A DNA stretch of 62,612 nucleotides, the filler included, from Squatina squatina (taxonomy: Eukaryota), in the NCBI GenBank assembly GCA_031763465.1. It is 3 parts of 3 records of this genome, joined end to end, with 100 filler letters (N's around TTAATTAATTAA, not from the genome) between each part and the next. Parts side by side here need not be neighbours in the genome. Positions count along the whole stretch, not along the records: positions 42,372 to 62,612 come from JARFOE010000230.1; 2 more parts are not named here. One strand, written 5' to 3'. Of this stretch, positions 53,451-62,612 are shown one piece after another; the stretch's first letter is position 1; every line of letters begins with the position of its first letter. The notes beneath the pieces are model-generated. The model was not told the DNA's origin. It did no database searches and saw only the letters and a program-made list of their open reading frames with translations. Position numbers and translations under genes: made by a program.

Positions 53451-54007
53451 CCACTTAGCAATGTTTCAGTTCAGACACTGGGAATTAAAAATTGTACTAG
53501 GCAGAGGACGTTAGGGAACTTTAGGTTATAAGAGGTTCAACAGCAGGCAAGCTTTGTTCACTTGTTGAGCCTTGAGAGTGAGACAGAATAGCTGTTTCTC
53601 GGCCCATATACCTGCAGCTTTGCAAGGGTTAGAGGAAAGATGTACCAAATCTTTATGGCAGCAAAATGTCCTCCCAGGATAAAATGAGCAAAGACATGCA
53701 TTGACTATCCGATCAAGGCACTATCTTTTCTATTGAATATTCATGTGGGATGGAAATATATTCAGGACTTATCCACAGGAGGAGNNNNNNNNNNNNNNNN
53801 NNNNNNNNNNNNNNNNNNNNNNNNNNNNNNNNNNNNNNNNNNNNNNNNNNNNNNNNNNNNNNNNNNNNNNNNNNNNNNNNNNNNAGAGACAGCAGAGGGA
53901 GCCTGGTGAGTTTCCGTGTAAGGAAATGACGAGGAGGAAGCAGTCGGGCTAGGGCTGGTGTTGATGGTCGAAGGATTTCTGCATTGACCGAGACTCAGGC
54001 ACTGAGC

Positions 54008-54077
54008 GCCCAGCGGGCAGTGTCCGGAGTCCCTCTCCGCCCAGCGGGCAGTGTCCGGAGTCCCTCTCCGCCCAGCG
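54008..54077. repeat. 31-bp GC-rich tandem repeat
   Basis: gcccagcgggcagtgtccggagtccctctcc x2 plus partial third copy ending at the ATG 54078. Confidence 0.85.
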
Positions 54078-54203
54078 ATGCCCATCCCGCACCTGCACTC
54101 GATGCTGGAGTTTGTCCCGTTCCTGCTGCTGTTGCTCCTGGTCCTCGCTCTGCTCCTGGTCTTCGCTTACCAGCAGCCCGACTCGGACTCCAGGAAGATC
54201 TGA
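54078..54203 (+). CDS. Candidate 41-aa single-pass membrane microprotein or uORF
   Basis: MPIPHLHSMLEFVPFLLLLLLVLALLLVFAYQQPDSDSRKI*; G at -3; GC-rich third codon positions; strong donor CAG|GTAAGT at 54253/54254. Confidence 0.4.
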   Translation: MPIPHLHSMLEFVPFLLLLLLVLALLLVFAYQQPDSDSRKI

Positions 54204-54509
54204 CCGCGCTCCGGGTCTTGGTGCAGGACCCGCTCACCTGGAGCCGCCGCCAGGTAAGTGCCGGCTCCCTCCCCTCCCCTCTGTCTCACTCCCCTCCCCT
54301 CCCCTCTGTCTNNNNNNNNNNCAAACCCAAATCCTGGTCCGCAGGGCCGGCACTGGCTGCTAGGGCCCGGTCTCCGGGTACACGGGCTCCTCTCCGGGTA
54401 CATGGGCCAGTGGCTGCGTTTTCCGGGTTAAGGCAAAGCGGCGAGCCTTGGCAAGCAATTTGGTCGCGGGAGGCATCACAGCCAAGATCCTGATCCTGTC
54501 CGCTAATGT

Positions 54510-54905
54510 GTACACACTCACTCACACTAACACACACATTCTCACACTAACACTAACTCACACTAACACACTCATGTTTACTCAAACTCAAACTAACACA
54601 CTCACACTAACACACTCATGTTTACTCACACACTAACACACTCATTTACTCTCACACACACTAACTCACACACTAACACTAACACTCATGTTTACTCACA
54701 CACACACACTAACACACTCATGTTTACTCTCACTCACTCACATTAACTCACACACTAACACACTCATGTTTACTCACACACACTAACTCACTCACACTAA
54801 CACTCATGTTTACTCTTACTCTCACACTAACACACTCATGTTTACTCTCACACTCACTCACACTAACACACTCATGTTTACTCTCACTCTCACTCACACA
54901 CTTAC
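54510..54905. repeat. Complex (CA/CT)-rich microsatellite
   Basis: acactcacactaacacactcatgtttact-type units; source of spurious THT-rich ORFs. Confidence 0.9.
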
Positions 54906-55039
54906 NNNNNNNNNNNNNNNNNNNNNNNNNNNNNNNNNNNNNNNNNNNNNNNNNNNNNNNNNNNNNNNNNNNNNNNNNNNNNNNNNNNNNNNNNNNNNNN
55001 NNNNNTGTCCAGCTGTTGGCCCTCCATTCACCGTGACAT

Positions 55040-55692
55040 TTCTGCAGCTACTGATATGCTCAACCACACCCTCACCTCTATCCTAACCCCCATTAAAACC
55101 ATTACTCTCTCACCTTAGTTATTTCCCCTGGTATGGCCCTCACCTCCGCTCCCTTAAGTTCAAGGGACGCAGACTTGAACTGATATGCTGGACAATTGCT
55201 TTAGCCATTCACCTTCAGATCTTGCTGGACCACATAACGCACTCAGTCCCTGCTCTCCGCTGCCAAAACTGTTCACTATTTCAGGCTCATTCTGAAATGC
55301 AAAGATAACCCCGGCTTCTTTTCTCTAATGCAAACCGTCTTCTTCATCCCTTCTCCCTTATTTCTTCCACCCTCACAAGTGTGAGGAGCTCATGGACTTC
55401 TTTGACACTAAGTTTGAGACCATCCAATCAGCTGCCTCTGCCACTTGCTTCCCTTCCCCTAGCCCACCGGGCCAATCTTCCTCTAAGGTTCCCCCCTGCC
55501 CTAGCCCTGAACTCGCATCTTTCTCTAGTTTCTCTCTGAGCTCCCCTCATACCTTCTCCAAGCTCATTTTGCCCATGAGACCCATTTCCTGCTCCCTCGA
55601 CCCTATTCCCACTAAACTGCTGACCAGCAATATTCCCTTCCTGGCTCCCATATTAGCTGATATTCTTAAAGTTTCTCTCTCCTCAGGTACTG
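55040..55692 (+). mobile_element. L2 LINE ORF2 fragment
   Basis: MDFFDTKFETIQS...SCSLDPIPTKLL...LADILKVSLSSG. Confidence 0.8.
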
Positions 55693-56869
55693 NNNNNNNN
55701 NNNNNNNNNNNNNNNNNNNNNNNNNNNNNNNNNNNNNNNNNNNNNNNNNNNNNNNNNNNNNNNNNNNNNNNNNNNNNNNNNNNNNNNNNNNNNNNNNNNN
55801 NNNNNNNNNNNNNNNNNNNNNNNNNNNNNNNNNNNNNNNNNNNNNNNNNNNNNNNNNNNNNNNNNNNNNNNNNNNNNNNNNNNNNNNNNNNNNNNNNNNN
55901 NNNNNNNNNNNNNNNNNNNNNNNNNNNNNNNNNNNNNNNNNNNNNNNNNNNNNNNNNNNNNNNNNNNNNNNNNNNNNNNNNNNNNNNNNNNNNNNNNNNN
56001 NNNNNNNNNNNNNNNNNNNNNNNNNNNNNNNNNNNNNNNNNNNNNNNNNNNNNNNNNNNNNNNNNNNNNNNNNNNNNNNNNNNNNNNNNNNNNNNNNNNN
56101 NNNNNNNNNNNNNNNNNNNNNNNNNNNNNNNNNNNNNNNNNNNNNNNNNNNNNNNNNNNNNNNNNNNNNNNNNNNNNNNNNNNNNNNNNNNNNNNNNNNN
56201 NNNNNNNNNNNNNNNNNNNNNNNNNNNNNNNNNNNNNNNNNNNNNNNNNNNNNNNNNNNNNNNNNNNNNNNNNNNNNNNNNNNNNNNNNNNNNNNNNNNN
56301 NNNNNNNNNNNNNNNNNNNNNNNNNNNNNNNNNNNNNNNNNNNNNNNNNNNNNNNNNNNNNNNNNNNNNNNNNNNNNNNNNNNNNNNNNNNNNNNNNNNN
56401 NNNNNNNNNNNNNNNNNNNNNNNNNNNNNNNNNNNNNNNNNNNNNNNNNNNNNNNNNNNNNNNNNNNNNNNNNNNNNNNNNNNNNNNNNNNNNNNNNNNN
56501 NNNNNNNNNNNNNACTTGGCCCTCCTCTAGTCTAAAAATATATTTAATCCTAACTAAAATTCCTCTTTCATCAAAAAATGGTGGTCACTTTTAAATAGAG
56601 CAAAATGACAAAGACGTATTTTCAAAGCTTTTTTTAAGCAGAGAAACAAGATATGAAGAGATAGAAAAAAGAATAAAGTCAGATGACAATAGGACAGGTG
56701 AGGAAGAACCGAAATGGGACCAAAGATAAAACAGAAAGAGCAAAATTTTTAAAAAGTTGTTTATACCTTTAATAGATTAAATTTGTTACATCTGTTCACA
56801 CTTTCTGTTAACCGTGTCCATTATAAATTCCTATGTCAACACCTATTATAGAAACTGCCAATGTAAATA

Positions 56870-57515
56870 TGTAAGAACAGAGGACCAGGAGGAGGCCATT
56901 CAACCCCTCGAGCCTGTTCTGCCATTCACTGAGATGAATGCTGATCTGTGACCTAACTCCATATACCCGTCTTTGGCCCATAATCATTAATACCTTTAGT
57001 TAACAAAAATCTATCAATCTCAGATATAATACGAACAATTGACCTAGCATTAATCGCCGTTTGCGGAGGAGAGTTCCAAACTTCTCCCGCCCTTTGTGTG
57101 TTTCCTCATTTCACTCTTGAAAGGTCTAGCTCTAATTTTTAAACTATGGCCCCTAGTCCTAGAATCCCCAAACAGTGGAAGTAGTTTCTCTCTCGCTACC
57201 CTATCTGTTCCCTTTAATATCTTGAAAACTTCGATCAGATCACCCCTGAATTTCCACTAACAGTGCTCCAGGTGTGGCCTAACCAGGGTTTTGCAGCATA
57301 ACTCCTAACCCCTTGTATTATGGTCCTCTAGATATAAAGGTCAGCATTCCATTAGGCTTTTTGATTATTTTCTGTACCTGTCTATGACATTTTAATGATC
57401 GATGTACCTAGGCCTCCAAGTCTCTTTGGATCTCCACTGTTTGCAGCTTTTCACCATTTAGAAAATCCCCTGTTCTATCCTTTTCAGGTCCAAAGTGGAT
57501 GACCTCACATTTGCC
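56870..57515 (-). mobile_element. CR1 LINE 3' end
   Basis: Begins gtaagaacagagg..aggaggccattcaacccctcgagcctg (reverse complement of CR1 tail). Confidence 0.8.
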
Positions 57516-57519
57516 TGGG

Positions 57520-57777
57520 AATATGATAGTTATGTTATTGGATTATTAGCCAGAGTCCTGGATTAATGATATGGAGACAAGAGTTCAAATCCCACCACAA
57601 CAGCTGGGAAATTTTAATTCAGTAAATTAAATAAATCTGGAATTTAAAAAAAGCTAGCATCGGTAATAGTGACCATGAAACTACCGGATTGTCATAAAAC
57701 CCCATCTGGTTCACTAATGTCCTTTAGGGAAGGAAATCTGCCGTCCTTACCCAGTCTGGCCTATATGTGACTCCAGA
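57520..57777 (+). mobile_element. tRNA-derived SINE (second family)
   Basis: B-box-like gagttcaaatcccacc; body gtgaccatgaaactaccggattgtc..cccatctggttcactaatgtcctttagggaaggaaatctgcc. Confidence 0.65.
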
Positions 57778-58504
57778 NNNNNNNNNNNNNNNNNNNNNNN
57801 NNNNNNNNNNNNNNNNNNNNNNNNNNNNNNNNNNNNNNNNNNNNNNNNNNNNNNNNNNNNNNNNNNNNNNNNNNNNNTTTTGGGTGGTGCGCCTACTGAT
57901 GACATCATTGACAGCATCTAGCGCTGGACGCCGAATTTCCAGCGCTAGAAGTGCAACGCCCATGTAGCACCAGTGTTAACCAGACCCGAATTTCCCATCG
58001 ACAAAGTTAGCGCCAAAAATCGGCGTTAGGCCCTTAACGTCGATTTAATGCTACTTTAGCGCCCAAAAAAAGGGATGAATTGGCCGTCCTAAATGCTTTA
58101 TTATTTTATACAGTCTGGGAAAATTATTCTAGTATTATGGTAGTGGTCTGCCATTGGCTAGTATTCATTTTTAGCATTTGATACCATTTAAATCTTGCAC
58201 AGATCTCTCTAATTATGCTGGACAAGAAAAGTTGCCTATTTTACTTATGATGTCAATATTAACTATTGTATAGGCCCAACTGTTGCTTCTTGAAAGCATT
58301 CACTCATTAGTTCTATTACTGTAAACCTGCCACTGTATTTAATTGCAAGTGGTCATTGGACTACTGTATACCATAACATACTTCCACTTCAGCAGTGGAT
58401 TTGCAGTGCAGACTGGCATTAATAAGAATTCAGATTTATTCGCATCTTGTGATACATTTTGTGCAAGCAATGCTGGAGCATTAGTGTTCAAGGAACAGCA
58501 GCTC

Positions 58505-58800
58505 ATACAGAAGCAAAATACTGTGGATGCTAGAAATCTGAAATAAAAACAGACAATGCTGGAAATGCTCAGCAGGTCAGGCAGCATCTGTGGAGCGAGA
58601 AACAGAGTTAACGATTTGGGTCGATGACCTTTCAACAGAACTGGAAAAAGTTAGAAATGTAACAGGTTTTAAGCAAGTGCAGAGGCAGGGAAGTGGGTTG
58701 TAGAGGAGGAAAGAACAAAAGGGGAGGTCTGTGATAGGGTGGAAGGCAGGAGTGATTAAATGACAAAAGGGAAGATTGTATAAAGCAAACTGAGATGGTA
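58505..58800. mobile_element. Interspersed repeat terminus (possibly Penelope-like)
   Basis: caaaatactgtggatgctagaaatctgaaataaaaac..cagcaggtcaggcagcatctgtgga; related pieces at ~5195-5280 (inverted) and ~42495-42580. Confidence 0.5.
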
Positions 58801-58829
58801 ATGGGATGGAGGTGGTAAAAATCGATCAA

Positions 58830-59097
58830 TCTCAGTTTTGAAAGTTGATCCCCAGCATCAATAATTTCTTTGGGGGAGAGAGTTCCAGGTTTCCACCACC
58901 CTTTGTGTGAAGAAGCGCTTCCTAATATCACCCCTGAATGGCCCAGCTCTAATTTTAAGGTTACGCCACTTTGTTCTGGACTCCCCCATCATAGGAGATA
59001 GTTTCTCTCTATCTACCCTGTTAACTCTTTTAATCATCTGTAGCATCTTAATTAGATCACTGCTTCATCTTCTATATTCAAAGGAATACAAGCCTAA
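58830..59097 (-). mobile_element. CR1 LINE fragment
   Basis: Minus ORF RVDREKLSP...FRGDIRKRFFTQRVVETWNSLP. Confidence 0.8.
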
Positions 59098-60544
59098 CAT
59101 TCAAAACGTGGCAGCAGCGGTTCAGAAATTTTGAAATTGGGTGCATGCTTAACCTAGTTTGGCTGAACTTGTTTTTGAATTTTGTTTGTCCAAATGCTTT
59201 GAATTCTTGAAATCGTTTGAAATGTAGATGGTAAACAGAGATGTGAAGTTAACATTGCTCTTTAATGAACGAAGCTTCAGAAAAATAATTGGATAAGAAA
59301 CTTTACTGTGTACTAGTTTAACTGACGTGGCATTTGAGTGTATTTTTAGATGTGCATGTAGTTTTGAATTGTAGCAAATAAACATTGGTCTGGGAGTGTT
59401 GCCATACATCAAGTGCCCCCGCCCCACTTCTATTGCATTATCTGGATATTAAATGGTTTATTTTCTGGAACTCATCAGCATTCTGATACCACGCACCTAT
59501 TTAATACTTTAAGCATAATTTTTTTTTTTGTTCGTCTATGATAAAGTATCATTGTTGCTAATTATCTATTAGAAATCAGTTTGATTATAGGGATTACCCC
59601 ATTATTTGCATTGGGAGCTCCTTAAAGGAATGGGGACGCAAAATGTGCATAATAATGGGAGTGGGCTAACTGAAAGAAAATATAGCTGGTCAAGTTGGAC
59701 AGCATTTGGGTAACTATGTTGAAATGGGTTGGGAAAGCAAGCATGCTTGTTAATGAAAAATAGTTCCAGTTCTGGTATTGAGGAATATAAACTACAACTT
59801 GTATAGCCTTAGATGGGTATGAAAAGTCATCTACTTTTTGAAGATCTAAATCTTGGTTACCAATTTTGATTTCTATTGATAATGTAATGCCTTGTGACAG
59901 TTGGATATAATGGATTATGGAATGGTTTATGGTCTTGAAACTGTTTGCTCCTGGTTATTAAACCAATTGGCATTGCAGAAGTTTTGAAACAAATACACCA
60001 ATTTCAATAATTTGTATTGATGGCTGAAAAGGCACCAGTACCATTGTTTTCATATGGTAACAATAGCCTTGTGAGCTGCTAGCTATCTTGGAAATAATTG
60101 ACCATTGTTTAGAATTATTGATGATTTCTTTGTGAAATGGAAAGTTTTGGTTTAAAGATGATCCACGGTTTGTAATTGGTTCAGAATAACACTTCATTCA
60201 TGGGGTGGAGGAAGGAAATATGCTTTAAGCTTTATTTTATAGAACTTTTTGTACTGATAACTAGTGTCCAGTAAGCACATTCTAGTTAATATATTGCAAA
60301 AGACAGCTGATTGTGTAAATGTCTGTTTTTAATTAAAATAATGGCTTAAGATGGAGGAGATAAGTTTGTTATTTGTACTGCATTAAAGGTGGAAGTTTGA
60401 GTGCCACATTATCTTACTCGCTTTGTTAGCCCTAATATAGCATCTTGAAATGTGTCCAGAATTGTCCCCAGTACTCCAGCTGAGGCCGAACCGGTGATTT
60501 TTAAAGTTCTGGCATGATCTCTTTGCTACTTGTGTGAGCCTTGA

Positions 60545-60821
60545 CAGTGAGAATTGAAAGTTAGGACTATTCTCATAGGAACAGAGAATATTAAGATGTG
60601 ACCTAATAGAGGTTTTCAAGATGATGGGTTTTGATAGAGTAAATAGGGAAAATTCCTCTCTGGCGGGTGAGTCAATAACTGGAAGTCATAGATTTAAAAT
60701 CATTGTTTTCCGAGCTGTCGGGATCTGGAACATTCTTCCTGAAAAGAAGGTGGAAGCTGATTCCATAAATATAATTCTAAAATAGTTGGATAGATACTTG
60801 AGTGTTGCTTTAAGGTGGAAT
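60545..60821 (+). mobile_element. Old CR1 LINE fragment
   Basis: ggactattctc..gacctaatagaggttttcaagatgatg..tggaacattcttcctgaaaagaaggtggaagc. Confidence 0.65.
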
Positions 60822-61688
60822 NNNNNNNNNNNNNNNNNNNNNNNNNNNNNNNNNNNNNNNNNNNNNNNNNNNNNNNNNNNNNNNNNNNNNNNNNNNNNNN
60901 NNNNNNNNNNNNNNNNNNNNNTGGCAAAATTAAGGTCTACCTTCCACAGTTCTATGAAACTCCAGGTTCCCCCTCCAGAGTAATGCCAGATCAAAGGACC
61001 CCTCATGCTGTCACACTCCAGCAGCTCTAATTCAGTACTGTTAAACTCCCCTATTGCTCTGTTTTATGCTTTAGAGCTGCTACTTAGCAATAGCCGGGGA
61101 GTAGAGTACGCATGTCAATTAGAATATCTCCTGCGCCTTTTGGTATATTTCCTCAGTAAATTAGATGGGAATGAAGCAGAAAGCCCTTGAAATAGGCCTG
61201 AAGCTGGATATAATGAATCACAGCCTATACTGCTAATTTTGCAGGATATTATTTAAGGTGGAATCGCTGCATCAGAGGGGTGTAGCCGGTGCTAGAGATT
61301 CCCGAGCTGGGGTTTTTGACGGCTCTGACCTGAAACCACTGGTGCTTCGGGTGAAAGAAGGCATGCCAGGCTAGCAGGAGTAGAGCAAACTTGAGAAGAC
61401 AGGATCTAGGCTTGGGTCTTGGCCTGGATTCCCAGTGAACTCTAGCAGCCTCTGCCCTGATCAGCCCACATGTAAAGGAGACTGATAGGCACTTAAAAAG
61501 AAACTGTTGGGTGGGACTGCCAGCGTAAATGTGAGTGGCTGGAAAGTGCTGCTTCTCCCATGCTCCCCAGCTTAGATGGGCGCCCCAGAGTTGAGCATGT
61601 TGGCAAATATTCAAATATTCAGGGGGAAGACGCCTGGCGGGCCTAGCCTAGCGTTTATGTCAGGATCAAAGGCCTGAGAATTTATGGA

Positions 61689-61928
61689 TAGGGTGACCAG
61701 ATCTGAACAGCGGTAAACTGGGTCTGCTCATGCGCAGTTCTTCGCTGTGACTGTGCATGCGCAGTTTGTTTGTTGCTGGGACGCATGCACAGTCGGGTCC
61801 CTGCCGGGACTGCGCGGGCACAAAAAAACCGGGACATTTGAGCAATTTTGAGGTAAGTGTCGGGACACCGGGACATTTCCTCAAAAACTGGGACTGTCCC
61901 GGCAAAACTGGAACGTCTGGTCACCCTA
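61689..61928. mobile_element. hAT-Blackjack-like MITE
   Basis: Perfect 13-bp TIRs TAGGGTGACCAGA / TCTGGTCACCCTA; repeated subterminal CGGGAC motifs; no TSD visible. Confidence 0.8.
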
Positions 61929-62337
61929 CCGATAGTCTGCACAGATCAAGGAATACTCCATTTATATGGGATTGGGAGAAGGAGAGGCAGTCTGTTACTC
62001 AAACTAATATACATCTACTTTAGGATGTGACAGAAGATCAGAAAGGATAAAAAATATGTAACAATTAAAGATGAGCATGTAGTAATGAGTACTTGAAGGG
62101 GTTGATGTGCTGGGCCACTAGAAGCTGTGGTCACCTCCAGCAAGCCATGCAGTCTGGAAGGCTGGAGAATCCCATCGACCTCCGTTCCATGGGACCTCTC
62201 AAAGTCGCAGGGAATGTGCAGACATCCCGCTACCATCGTGGAGCGGAAGAGAACCACGTTTCAAAATGGAGGAAGAGTCAAATCTTGTTTTGTGTTGCAG
62301 ACGTCAAATCACAAAGAATGGGCATGTTAGGCATACA

Positions 62338-62431
62338 GGTAGGGGATTGGGTATGGGACGGGTAGGGGATTGGGTATGGGACGGGTAGGGGATTGGGTAC
62401 GGGACGGGTACGGGATTGGGTATGGGACGGG
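62338..62431. repeat. ~23-bp G-rich tandem repeat
   Basis: gtaggggattgggtatgggacgg x4. Confidence 0.9.
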
Positions 62432-62612
62432 TTTGCTACACACCAAGTTGAGCAATTTACAAAAAGTGCACGTTTCACCACCCATTCACAGCCAATCAGT
62501 GAAGCCGATCGCTGCTCCGCGCCCTGAGTCCTCCAATCAGATCAGCCCCCTAATCAAACCCACAACAGCTGGACTTTTCCCTCTGAGATTCGATGTACTC
62601 GTGGATTCGGAA

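Noticed and set aside
53984-54493. 169-aa and Cys-rich 83-aa ORFs over the GC-rich exon
   Set aside because: Start at TTG rather than ATG, cross the splice donor and a gap; alternative frames of the 41-aa ORF

Overview
Eukaryotic (vertebrate) intron-exon DNA, most likely a cartilaginous fish judging by its repeats (Deu-domain SacSINE1-like SINEs, shark-type CR1/L2 LINEs, 41-bp satellite). It is a gappy draft assembly. Two synthetic spacers (44N-TTAATTAATTAA-44N at 16254-16353 and 42272-42371) join three probably unlinked scaffolds. Block 1 (1-16253) holds partial CACNA1D (CaV1.3) exons on +, including a U12-type acceptor, mutually exclusive exon 8B, a 27-nt microexon, an AID exon that breaks off mid-motif, and an intronic decayed Harbinger Myb/SANT gene. 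Block 2 (16354-42271) holds NAPG (+, U12 donor), an unexpected NPEPL1-like M17 aminopeptidase (+) and the 3' end of PIEZO2 (-). Block 3 (42372-62612) holds GRB2 exons 3, 5 and 6 (+), then a GC-rich exon encoding a 41-aa single-transmembrane peptide missed by the ORF track. Best leads: an NPEPL1-family gene in the NAPG-PIEZO2 paralogon (possible retained whole-genome-duplication ohnolog) and the candidate microprotein/uORF. No CRISPR, rRNA, true tRNA or prokaryotic system is supported. Many exons are missing in unsized 100-N gaps, so adjacency claims are provisional.
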